DNA from: Steroidobacteraceae bacterium
GTDB taxonomy: Bacteria > Pseudomonadota > Gammaproteobacteria > Steroidobacterales > Steroidobacteraceae
Reading direction: 5' to 3'
NCBI GenBank assembly: GCA_036489445.1
Contig: DASXFV010000038.1
Span: forward strand, 4,720 to 68,719
DNA length: 64,000 bases
In this document: piece after piece, positions 37,655 through 45,252 of the stretch
How positions within the stretch are numbered: position 1 is the first letter of the stretch
Layout: each line of letters starts with the position of its first letter
The notes under the pieces: generated by a model
Database searches by the model: none
What the model saw: the letters and a program-made list of their open reading frames with translations, nothing else
Told to the model about the DNA's origin: nothing
Made by a program: the position numbers and the translations under genes

Positions 37655-38875
37655 TTGGACTCGCTGATCAACGCCGCGGCACGTGCACTGGCAATCGGTG
37701 ATCCATTGGGCGCGCTGCAGCGGGTCGCATTGCGCGATGACGCGCCGGCGCTCGCGATCCGCGGCATCGCGATGGCGCAGCTGGGTGATCTGGCTCGAGC
37801 GAAGCTGCTCCTGCGCCGTGCTGCCGGCGCCTTTGGTCCGCGGGAGGTCGTAGCGCGCGCGAGGTGCGTCGTCGCTGAGGCTGAGATTGCGCTCGTCTCG
37901 CGCGATCTGGGCTGGCCCAAGAAGGCACTCCACGCGGCGCGGGCGACGCTTGAGGCGCAGGGTGACCTGGTGAATGCCGCCCATGCGCGGTATCTGGAGG
38001 CGCGACGCCTGCTCCTGATCGGGCACCTGGATGCAGCCGAGCGCACGCTGGGTAAGCTCGACTCCGCGCCGTTCCCGCCGGCTTCCAGGGTTGCCTATGA
38101 ACTGACTGTTGCGGGGATCGCGATGCGGCGTCTGCGCACGCAAACTGCGCGGGCGGCGCTTGCCCGGGCTGAGCACGCGGCGCGGCTGGCGGGTATTCCT
38201 GCGTTGCTGGCGGAGGTCGAGGCCACATCGGTGGTCCTGAACCGGCCTGCGGCGCGCCGGATTGGTGGTGGGGAGGATCGACTGCTGCGGCTGCAGGACG
38301 TTGAAGCATTACTGGCGTTGCAAGCGCTGGTCGTGGACGCCTGTCGTTATGTGGTGCGGGACGAGGGCAAGATCGTCTCTCTGGTGCGGCGTCCGGTGCT
38401 GTTCAGGATCGCCTGTGCGCTGGGTGAGGCCTGGCCCGCAGACGTGTCGAGGGATGCACTTGTGAAGCGTGCATTTCGCGCGCGGCGCGCCGACGAGTCG
38501 CATCGCGGGCGGTTGCGCGTGGAAGTCGGGCGGCTGCGCGCGGCGCTGCGGGGCCTCGCCAGCGTCACTGCGACGAAACGCGGATTCGTGCTGGTGCCGC
38601 GCCGCGCACGCGAGGTCGTCATGCTGGCGCCGCCGGTGGCAGACAAGCATGCAGGGGTGCTCGCCTTCCTGGCTGACGGGGAGTCATGGTCGAGCTCGGC
38701 CCTGGCGCTGGCGCTTGGGGGGAGCCAGCGCACCACGCAGCGGGCGCTTGATTCGCTGGCGGCTGCAGGCAAAGTACAGTCTTACGGTCGTGGGCGAGCC
38801 CGCCGCTGGACGACGCCGGCGGCGCCTGGATTCACGCCGATTTTGTTACTCCCTGCATCTGCGCCCATCGACTAG
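37655..38875 (+). CDS. hypothetical protein with C-terminal winged-helix-like segment (possible regulator)
   Basis: 406-aa ORF with TTG start. Helical-repeat-like N-terminus. C-terminal WSSSALALALGGSQRTTQRALDSLAAAGKV looks like an HTH. Family not recognised. Confidence 0.5.
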   Translation: MDSLINAAARALAIGDPLGALQRVALRDDAPALAIRGIAMAQLGDLARAKLLLRRAAGAFGPREVVARARCVVAEAEIALVSRDLGWPKKALHAARATLEAQGDLVNAAHARYLEARRLLLIGHLDAAERTLGKLDSAPFPPASRVAYELTVAGIAMRRLRTQTARAALARAEHAARLAGIPALLAEVEATSVVLNRPAARRIGGGEDRLLRLQDVEALLALQALVVDACRYVVRDEGKIVSLVRRPVLFRIACALGEAWPADVSRDALVKRAFRARRADESHRGRLRVEVGRLRAALRGLASVTATKRGFVLVPRRAREVVMLAPPVADKHAGVLAFLADGESWSSSALALALGGSQRTTQRALDSLAAAGKVQSYGRGRARRWTTPAAPGFTPILLLPASAPID

Positions 38876-38884
38876 GATGGAAGC

Positions 38885-39526
38885 ATGAGTCGCTCCACCG
38901 CGAAGATCATCCGTGAGTACGGGCCCTTTTCAGGCGCGGAAGCCGTGCATGGCGTCACCTATGATGGTCAAAACCTCTGGTTCGCTTCCGGCAACAAAGT
39001 GAACGCCATCGATCCTGCGAGCGGGGCGATGCTGCGCTCGATCGATGTCGCCGCGCATGCGGGGACGGCTTTCGACGGCGAGCACCTGTTTCAACTTGGC
39101 GAGGATCGCATTCAGAAGATCGATCCCAAAACCGGACGCGTGGTCGGCAGCATCCCTGCGCCCGGCGGCGGCGGTGACTCCGGGTTGACATGGGCCGAAG
39201 GAGCGCTTTGGGTAGGGCAGTACCGCGCACGGAAAATCCACCAGATCGATCCGGACACCGGGACCATTCTGCGCACGATTGAGTCCAACCGTTTCGTCAC
39301 CGGGGTCACCTGGGTCGATGGCGAGCTGTGGCACGCCACCTGGCAAGGCGATGAGAGCGATTTGCGGCAAATCGATCCTCGGACTGGAGAGGTGTTGCAG
39401 ACGCTCGACATGCCGCCTGGAGCGGGCGTGTCGGGCCTCGAGTCCGATGGCGGCGATCTGTTCTATTGTGGCGGCGGAGGCAGCGGTAAGGTGCGAGCGG
39501 TTCGTCGGCCCAAGCGAAACCGATAG
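38885..39526 (+). CDS. beta-propeller protein resembling bacterial/plant-type glutamine cyclotransferase, no signal peptide
   Basis: Repeated blade-like pattern (HGVTYDGQNLWFAS..IDPASGAML; LFQLGEDRIQKIDPKTGRVV; LWVGQYRARKIHQIDPDTGTIL; LWHATWQGDESDLRQIDPRTGEVL). Starts 9 nt after the preceding gene. Confidence 0.55.
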   Translation: MSRSTAKIIREYGPFSGAEAVHGVTYDGQNLWFASGNKVNAIDPASGAMLRSIDVAAHAGTAFDGEHLFQLGEDRIQKIDPKTGRVVGSIPAPGGGGDSGLTWAEGALWVGQYRARKIHQIDPDTGTILRTIESNRFVTGVTWVDGELWHATWQGDESDLRQIDPRTGEVLQTLDMPPGAGVSGLESDGGDLFYCGGGGSGKVRAVRRPKRNR

Positions 39527-39606
39527 CCGCCGGCGGCTCGCAAGGGCGCGGGTGTCTTCAGCGGCACCTTGCCTCTCAGGCAATAGAGCGTGCGTGACTT
39601 CGCCAC

Positions 39607-40392
39607 TCAAAGCTGCGCGTGACCCTCAAGGTAGAACACGCAAGTGCCTTCGAGCTCGACACGATCTGCGACAAGACGGCAGAGGATTTCGCCGCCGCGG
39701 CGGGAGGCTTGAAAGGCGCGAAATGAGTTTTTTTTCAAGCGCTGTGCCCAATAGGGTGCCAAAGCACAATGCGCACTTCCCGTCACCGGATCTTCCGGGA
39801 CGCCCTTGGCCGGTACGAAGTAGCGACTGATGAAGTCGTACTGCGCATCGCCCGCTGCGGTGACAATCACACCGCCGCGATCAAGGGCGGCGATGGCTGC
39901 AAAGTCTGGCGAGAGCTGGCGCAACGCCTGCGCGCTGTCCAGCAGGACCAGGTAGTTGAACGCATCGGCAAGCACTTCGACCGGAACGGCACCCAGTGCC
40001 GCGCGCATTCCTGCGGGGGTGGAAATTGGTTTCGAAGACCGCGCCGGGAAATTCAAGACGTAACCGGTATTGGTTCGGGTGACGATCAAAGGCCCGCTTG
40101 CCGAATGGAAGACGACTCTGCGGCGCGTGGGCTCCAGGCGTTCCATGACGACCGCCGCACTGGCCAGGGTGGCGTGACCGCAAAGCGGAACTTCAGTGGT
40201 CGGCGTAAACCAGCGAATGCGATAGTCATCCCCGGCGCGCACCAGAAAGGCGGTTTCGGCGACATTGTTCTCGGCGGCTATGGCTTGCAGCATCGCATCT
40301 GCAAGGAACGTCTCCAAGGGCATGACTGCCGCAGGATTGCCCGCGAAGCGGGACGCGGTAAATGCGTCAAGCTGAAATATCGGCGTTCGCAT
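39607..40392 (-). CDS. PhzF-family isomerase
   Basis: ATG at 40392 gives MRTPIFQLDAFTASRFAGNPAAV..., the classic PhzF N-terminus. C-terminal DPVTGSAHCALAPYW. Confidence 0.85.
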   Translation of the reverse strand: MRTPIFQLDAFTASRFAGNPAAVMPLETFLADAMLQAIAAENNVAETAFLVRAGDDYRIRWFTPTTEVPLCGHATLASAAVVMERLEPTRRRVVFHSASGPLIVTRTNTGYVLNFPARSSKPISTPAGMRAALGAVPVEVLADAFNYLVLLDSAQALRQLSPDFAAIAALDRGGVIVTAAGDAQYDFISRYFVPAKGVPEDPVTGSAHCALAPYWAQRLKKNSFRAFQASRRGGEILCRLVADRVELEGTCVFYLEGHAQL

Positions 40393-40483
40393 AGCAACGA
40401 GCCTCGCCAAAGAAGTCACAGGATGTACATCGCGCAACAAGGTTGATTGTCTGCACAGTCGAGGCTAGTGAACACCCGAGCAT

Positions 40484-40507
40484 AAAAAAAGCCCCGCAAA
40501 GCGGGGC
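40484..40507 (-). terminator. rho-independent terminator (minus-strand orientation)
   Basis: GCCCCGC-AAA-GCGGGGC perfect 7-bp stem (40491-40507), followed on the minus strand by T7 (A-run 40484-40490 on plus). Confidence 0.65.
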
Positions 40508-40641
40508 TTGGATGTGGGCATCGTCACCGACCGGGTCAATCGCTGTCAGCTCCGGCTAGTGCGCAAAAGCAGAATCGATATCAGCGTCGATTCCTAAGCG
40601 CGCTTCGCGTCGCGTCGACACAGGTCCCAATCAAACGGTTT

Positions 40642-40706
40642 GGCGGTGGAGCTAAGCAACTCCGGTCTGGCAAATGCAGACTGCGTGCCAATTCACGCTT
40701 CCCGCC
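40642..40706. other. 65-nt cloverleaf-shaped four-helix element (tRNA-like dimensions but non-canonical loops; not called as a tRNA)
   Basis: Perfect Watson-Crick helices: GGCGG 40642-46 / CCGCC 40702-06; GGAG 40648-51 / CTCC 40660-63 (8-nt loop); GTCTG 40665-69 / CAGAC 40677-81 (7-nt loop); GCGTG 40683-87 / CACGC 40694-98 (6-nt loop). Confidence 0.2.
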
Positions 40707-40973
40707 CACGACCTCCTCTTAATTTGAGAAGGCCCTCCGCGCCTGTGTTAATCGCCCGAGTTTCTCAATTTCTTTCGCTGCAAACTGTTCGCTCTACGCA
40801 TCACCCGCGATTAGGATTTATTACCCCGGGCATGCCGCAATCCATCTCAAGAGCAGCAAAAAAGAACCAAAACAGACGGTTATCAAAACTTCCCGACATA
40901 GTCCACATAGATATGGTAGCGATTTTTTATAAGTTATGCATGTGGCAGTTGCGCAACGCAGGGAATTGGGCCT

Positions 40974-42938
40974 TTAGCTTAAGCGGGACAGTATTACCCT
41001 GAAGCGGGCGCCACCCCCCTCCGGCAGAGTGCAGGCCTCGGCGCTGCCGCCGTGGAATTCGGCAATCAGCCGCACGATGTACAGCCCCAGGCCGAAGTGC
41101 GGCCGGCTGTCGCTCCCGGATCGGGACTGCCACAGGGACTCGAACAGGTGCTGATGGCCCTCCCCGGCGAGCGCCGGCCCGGGATTATCCACCTCGATGA
41201 TGGCCTGGGTGGCGTCGGCCGCCAGCCGCAGCGTGAGGGTCGCCTGGTCGGCACTGAAGTCCACGGCGTTATCGACGAGTTTGTCCAACATCTGCACGAT
41301 GAGATCCGGGGCGCCGTGGAGCAGCACGGGCTCATCCGGTAGCTCGGCGATAAATTGTCGCTGCGGGAAGCCGGTGCGGTAGGCGCCCACAGCACTGTCC
41401 ATCAGGGCGCGCAAATCGAACCGCGAGCGTTCCGCGCCCTGGATCGCCTCTTCCACCCGCGTGGCGGCGCCCATGGCGACCAGGATGGCGTTCAGCCGCT
41501 CGCTGCCCTCGCGGGCTCGGTTCAGATAGGTACGCGCGGCGGGTGGGACGGACTCCGATTCCAGGTTATCCAACGAGGAGCGCACGATGGTCAGCGGCGT
41601 GCGGATCTCGTGCGCCAGCTTGCCGGCCAGAGTGCGCAGGTAACCGGTGTACTCGTTGAGCCGGCCCAAGAGCATGGAGAAGCTGCGCGCCACATCGCCC
41701 AGCTCATCGTGTGCCTCAGTGTCCGGAAAGGTGGTCACCAAGCCCTCACGTGTCAGTGCCGACTCGCTGGCGCGTCGCAGCCGGGCCAGCCGCCAGGACA
41801 GCCAGGCGGCAAAGGCGAACATCAGCATCACGGCCAGGGCGCTGGTGATGAGCGTGAAATCCAGCAGCTGGGTCAAGGCCTTGTCACGTAGCGTCAAGGA
41901 GCGCTCGGCGGTCTCCACGATCTGCACAAACCCCAGGGTCTGCTTGCGATCGGCACCGGCGATGGGAGCCTGGGCCGCGACGACTTTGACGTCCTGCGGG
42001 CGCTCCAGCAGCCGACGGTACAGCTGCGGCAGCAGCCCGCGCTCGGCGCCGGAGACGGTGGCCACGGACAGCGCGTCCACCTGACTGAGGATAGCCTGAT
42101 CCGTGCCCAGCACCGTGAGACGCAGGCCCGGCTGGACGAACTGCGCCAGATAACTGGTCAGCTGCGGAGCGGGAATCAACAGCCTGCCCATGGGTGCGAG
42201 ACTCTCGTGGTCCAGGTTGCCGAAGCTCACCGGATTGCCGCCCCGGTGCTCGCGCTCATCCACCAGCACCCCCAACCGCGCGCCCAGCATCGACATGGGG
42301 ATGCGCAGCTCCACGCAATAGCCGCCACTCATGGGCTGCCAGCCGCCACTGATGCGCGGCTCATCGATGGCCACCTGACGCCCCAGATCTTCGGTCTCGA
42401 TACGGCGCGCATGCACCGGGCCGGGTTCCGCGGTGGCCACCAGGTATTCGTGCTGCGCGCCAGCCGCATCGGTAAAGGCCACCCAGATGCGATCGCCGAA
42501 CCCGGCAGGATCCAGCACATCTGCGCCGGGCGCATCCCATACCACATGCGGGTCACGAACCTGGATGAGCAGGTACGCCAGGTGTTCGTGTACGCCGGCC
42601 AGCAGCGTCAGCCGGTGCGGACCGTCGGAGTAGACGCGGCGGAACGGCGAGTTGCGCGGCCATTCATCGGGATAGCCGTCCAGGAACGGCGCGGCCAGCA
42701 GCGGTATGGCCTGCAGATCATTGGGACCGGGGGGTATCAACCCCGGGTCCCCGCCCATGCGATACAGCAGGTCGCTGCGGCCCTGCAGCGAGGCGGCGAT
42801 GGTCTGGGCGATGGCCTGCAGTGATTGCTGCTCACCGTCGCGCAGTGCGGCTTCCATCTCGCGGGCGTACTCAAAGCCCGCCCAGGGCAGAAACAGTGTG
42901 CCCAGCCCCAGCAGCAGCAACTTCAGCCGCAGTGACAT
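40974..42938 (-). CDS. sensor histidine kinase with large periplasmic domain
   Basis: N-terminal TM segment, ~330-aa periplasmic part, second TM segment, H-box LAHEIRTPLT, N-box KLVDNAVDF, G-box GLGLYIV. Confidence 0.85.
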   Translation of the reverse strand: MSLRLKLLLLGLGTLFLPWAGFEYAREMEAALRDGEQQSLQAIAQTIAASLQGRSDLLYRMGGDPGLIPPGPNDLQAIPLLAAPFLDGYPDEWPRNSPFRRVYSDGPHRLTLLAGVHEHLAYLLIQVRDPHVVWDAPGADVLDPAGFGDRIWVAFTDAAGAQHEYLVATAEPGPVHARRIETEDLGRQVAIDEPRISGGWQPMSGGYCVELRIPMSMLGARLGVLVDEREHRGGNPVSFGNLDHESLAPMGRLLIPAPQLTSYLAQFVQPGLRLTVLGTDQAILSQVDALSVATVSGAERGLLPQLYRRLLERPQDVKVVAAQAPIAGADRKQTLGFVQIVETAERSLTLRDKALTQLLDFTLITSALAVMLMFAFAAWLSWRLARLRRASESALTREGLVTTFPDTEAHDELGDVARSFSMLLGRLNEYTGYLRTLAGKLAHEIRTPLTIVRSSLDNLESESVPPAARTYLNRAREGSERLNAILVAMGAATRVEEAIQGAERSRFDLRALMDSAVGAYRTGFPQRQFIAELPDEPVLLHGAPDLIVQMLDKLVDNAVDFSADQATLTLRLAADATQAIIEVDNPGPALAGEGHQHLFESLWQSRSGSDSRPHFGLGLYIVRLIAEFHGGSAEACTLPEGGGARFRVILSRLS

Positions 42939-42950
42939 GCCTGACGCCTG

Positions 42951-43637
42951 TCACTCCACCCAGCGATAGCCCATGCCGTACACGGTCTGGATGGCGTCGA
43001 ACTTCGGATCCAACTGCTGGAACTTGCGGCGGATGCGTTTGACATGCGAGGTGATGGTGTTGTCATCGAGCACTACATTGGCGGCATCCATGAGCTGCTG
43101 GCGATTGCGCACATGACCGGGGTGCTTTGCCAAAGCGTGCACGATCCAGAACTCCGTCAATGACAGCAGCACCACCTCACCCTCCCATTGGATCTGCATG
43201 CGCTCGCCATCCACCAGCAGCGAACCGCGCTGCACGATCTGACCGGTGGTCTGTGGTCTGCGCAGCGCTTCGATGCGCCGGAACAGCGCGTTCACCCGCG
43301 CGATCAGGTGCGGGATGCTCAGATCCTTGGTCAAAAAATCATCCGCACCCAGGCGCAGCCCTGATACCGCATCCAGTTCGCTGTCGCGCGCGGTCAGAAA
43401 GATGATGGGCAGCTCCGCGGACATGGAACGCAGTGCGCGACACAGCTCAAAGCCGCCCTCCGGCTCATCCTCCAGGGAGATGTCAATGACCGCCAGGTCC
43501 GGCAGTCGCGCCGCGCAGGCGGTCATGGCCTGGTGGCGGTTGCCGTAAGTGCGCACCGCGTAGCCCTCGCGGGTGAATGCGGCAGCGTAATTGTCGCGAA
43601 TGGCCGGCTCGTCTTCGATGATCGCGATGAGTTTCAT
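42951..43637 (-). CDS. OmpR-family response regulator (ChvI-like C-terminal pattern)
   Basis: Track ORF trimmed to the ATG at 43637 (MKLIAIIEDEPAIR...). DLAVIDISLEDEPEGGFELC receiver core. wHTH region TEFWIVHALAKHPGHVRNRQQLM...TSHVKRIRRKF...YGMGYRW. Confidence 0.9.
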   Translation of the reverse strand: MKLIAIIEDEPAIRDNYAAAFTREGYAVRTYGNRHQAMTACAARLPDLAVIDISLEDEPEGGFELCRALRSMSAELPIIFLTARDSELDAVSGLRLGADDFLTKDLSIPHLIARVNALFRRIEALRRPQTTGQIVQRGSLLVDGERMQIQWEGEVVLLSLTEFWIVHALAKHPGHVRNRQQLMDAANVVLDDNTITSHVKRIRRKFQQLDPKFDAIQTVYGMGYRWVE

Positions 43638-43813
43638 GACTGAAGCGTACTGCAACCGGGGTGCACACGGCAGGCCGTACGGCAGCAAATCAGCTCGGCG
43701 CCATGATCTGCCATGATTCGCCTCACCTGGGCCCGAATCCCCGCCCAGGGGCGGCCTGATTCGCGGCGCCCAATAGCCTCCAGGGGCCGGAAGCCCTGAA
43801 GAGGTTAAATCCC

Positions 43814-43939
43814 ATGTCTGCGTACACTGCATTTCCGGGTGCCCTGCGTGGCCGTTCGCCGCAGCCGCGCGGTCGGTTGCCGCAGCTGTTCAACTGGCTG
43901 GCCGTACTGGTGCTGCTGTCGCTGGGCGTGCTGCGGTGA
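43814..43939 (+). CDS. possible 41-aa single-pass membrane peptide
   Basis: ATG preceded by GAAGAGG (10 nt spacer between the SD end at 43803 and the ATG). MSAYTAFPGALRGRSPQPRGRLPQLFNWLAVLVLLSLGVLR. GC-rich third codon positions like the host genes. Below the ORF-track size cut-off. Confidence 0.3.
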   Translation: MSAYTAFPGALRGRSPQPRGRLPQLFNWLAVLVLLSLGVLR

Positions 43940-45127
43940 TCAGAACGCGCTAAGACCCGTGAGAGCTCGACCGACTGCCAGTTGGTGAATGGTTTGCGTG
44001 CCCTCATAGGTGACCACGCTTTCCAGGTTCAACATGTGGCGGACGGGGGAGAATTCGGCACTGATCCCGGCCGCGCCCAGCAGGTCACGGCAATCCCGCG
44101 CGATATCCAGGGCCATGCGCGCGTTGTTCCACTTCGCCAGGCAGACCTGGGCCGGGGCCAGCCGACCCTCGTCCTTCAGATGCCCGAGCTGTAGCGCCAG
44201 CAGCTGCGCCGTGCTGATGCGACGGGCCATGTCAGCCAGCCGGATCTGCACACTCTGCGTCGCGGCCAGGGGGCGGCCAAACAGTTCGCGCGACTTGGTG
44301 TATTCAAGCACCGTGTGCAGGCAATCCTGTGCGGCGCCGATCACCCCCCAGGCGATGCCGTAGCGGGCCTGATTGAGGCAGGACAATGGGGCCCGCAGTC
44401 CCTGGGCTGCGGGTAACAAGGCCGCCGCCGGTACCACGACATCATTCAGAAACAGCGCGGCGGTGTTCGAGGCGCGCAGCGACAGCTTGTTCTCAATCTC
44501 GCTGGCCTCGAAGCCCGCAGCGCGGGTGTCAACCAGGAAGCCTTGCATGCCCTGATCCGTTGCGGCCCAGATCACCGCCAGATCGGCGATGCCGCCGTTG
44601 GTGATCCACATCTTGGATCCATTCAGCACCCAGTCATCGCCGCGGCGCCGGGCGTGGGTGCGCAGATTGCCCGGATCGGAGCCACCGTGCGCCTCGGTGA
44701 GCCCAAAGCAGCCGATCAGCTCGCCGCGCGCCATGCGCGGCAGGTACTGCAGCCGTTGGGCATCGCTCCCATAGGCATCGATGGCGTACATGCACAGCGA
44801 GGATTGCACCGAGACGAAACTGCGCAGCGCCGAGTCACCGCGTTCGAGTTCCTGGCAGATCAGGCCACAACTGATGGCGTTGAGGCCGGCGCAATCATAG
44901 CCTTGGATGCTGGCGCCCAGCAGGCCGAGATTGGCCAGTCCCGGGATCAGCTCGTGGGGGAAACGGTGCACTTCAAAGCATGCGCGGATCAGCGGGGTGA
45001 CTTCCGCGGCGACGAAGCGCGCCACGCTGTCCTGGACCAGGCGCTCCTCGTCAGTCAGGCAGGCGCGGACACCGAACAGGTCCAGAGGGTCCAGGGAATC
45101 AGGGTTCGCGGCGCTCGGCTGGTTCAT
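43940..45127 (-). CDS. gcdH: glutaryl-CoA dehydrogenase
   Basis: ATG at 45127. GCFGLTEAHGGSDPGNL, CLNQARYGIAWGVIGAAQDC and the C-terminal NLESVVTYEGTQTIHQLAVGRALTGLSAF, typical of GcdH. Confidence 0.85.
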   Translation of the reverse strand: MNQPSAANPDSLDPLDLFGVRACLTDEERLVQDSVARFVAAEVTPLIRACFEVHRFPHELIPGLANLGLLGASIQGYDCAGLNAISCGLICQELERGDSALRSFVSVQSSLCMYAIDAYGSDAQRLQYLPRMARGELIGCFGLTEAHGGSDPGNLRTHARRRGDDWVLNGSKMWITNGGIADLAVIWAATDQGMQGFLVDTRAAGFEASEIENKLSLRASNTAALFLNDVVVPAAALLPAAQGLRAPLSCLNQARYGIAWGVIGAAQDCLHTVLEYTKSRELFGRPLAATQSVQIRLADMARRISTAQLLALQLGHLKDEGRLAPAQVCLAKWNNARMALDIARDCRDLLGAAGISAEFSPVRHMLNLESVVTYEGTQTIHQLAVGRALTGLSAF

Positions 45128-45252
45128 CGGCACCCTCCGTCTCGGCCAGGTATCGAGCCTAGCCGCCGCGCGGCGGCTGCGCCAGTCGCCCAGCTTGCTT
45201 TGTGAGCGGCCAACCAGCACTGGCGGCAGGCAGTCTGTAGAATCCCCGCGCC

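Noticed and set aside
40631-40725. tRNA or tmRNA 3'-end gene (GAGCTCCACC-like string TAGCTCCACCGCCA on the minus strand).
   Set aside because: There is no GTTCRANYC T-loop, no 7-bp acceptor stem and no U33 in either orientation. There is also no tmRNA 5' GGGGCTG partner or tag reading frame. I report it only as an unexplained structured element, not as an RNA gene.
40640-41133. Track ORFs 40640-41002 (+, 120 aa) and 40927-41133 (-, 68 aa) in or next to the AT-rich region.
   Set aside because: Neither has a ribosome-binding site. Both run into the 3' end of the histidine kinase gene, their codon composition is atypical, and no motif is recognisable.
40974-43637. Calling the two-component pair a proteobacterial dedicated sortase system.
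   Set aside because: No sortase or VWA/LPXTG target gene is present on either side within the window, and the regulator motifs fit ChvI-like regulators equally well. I kept it as an open question in the findings.
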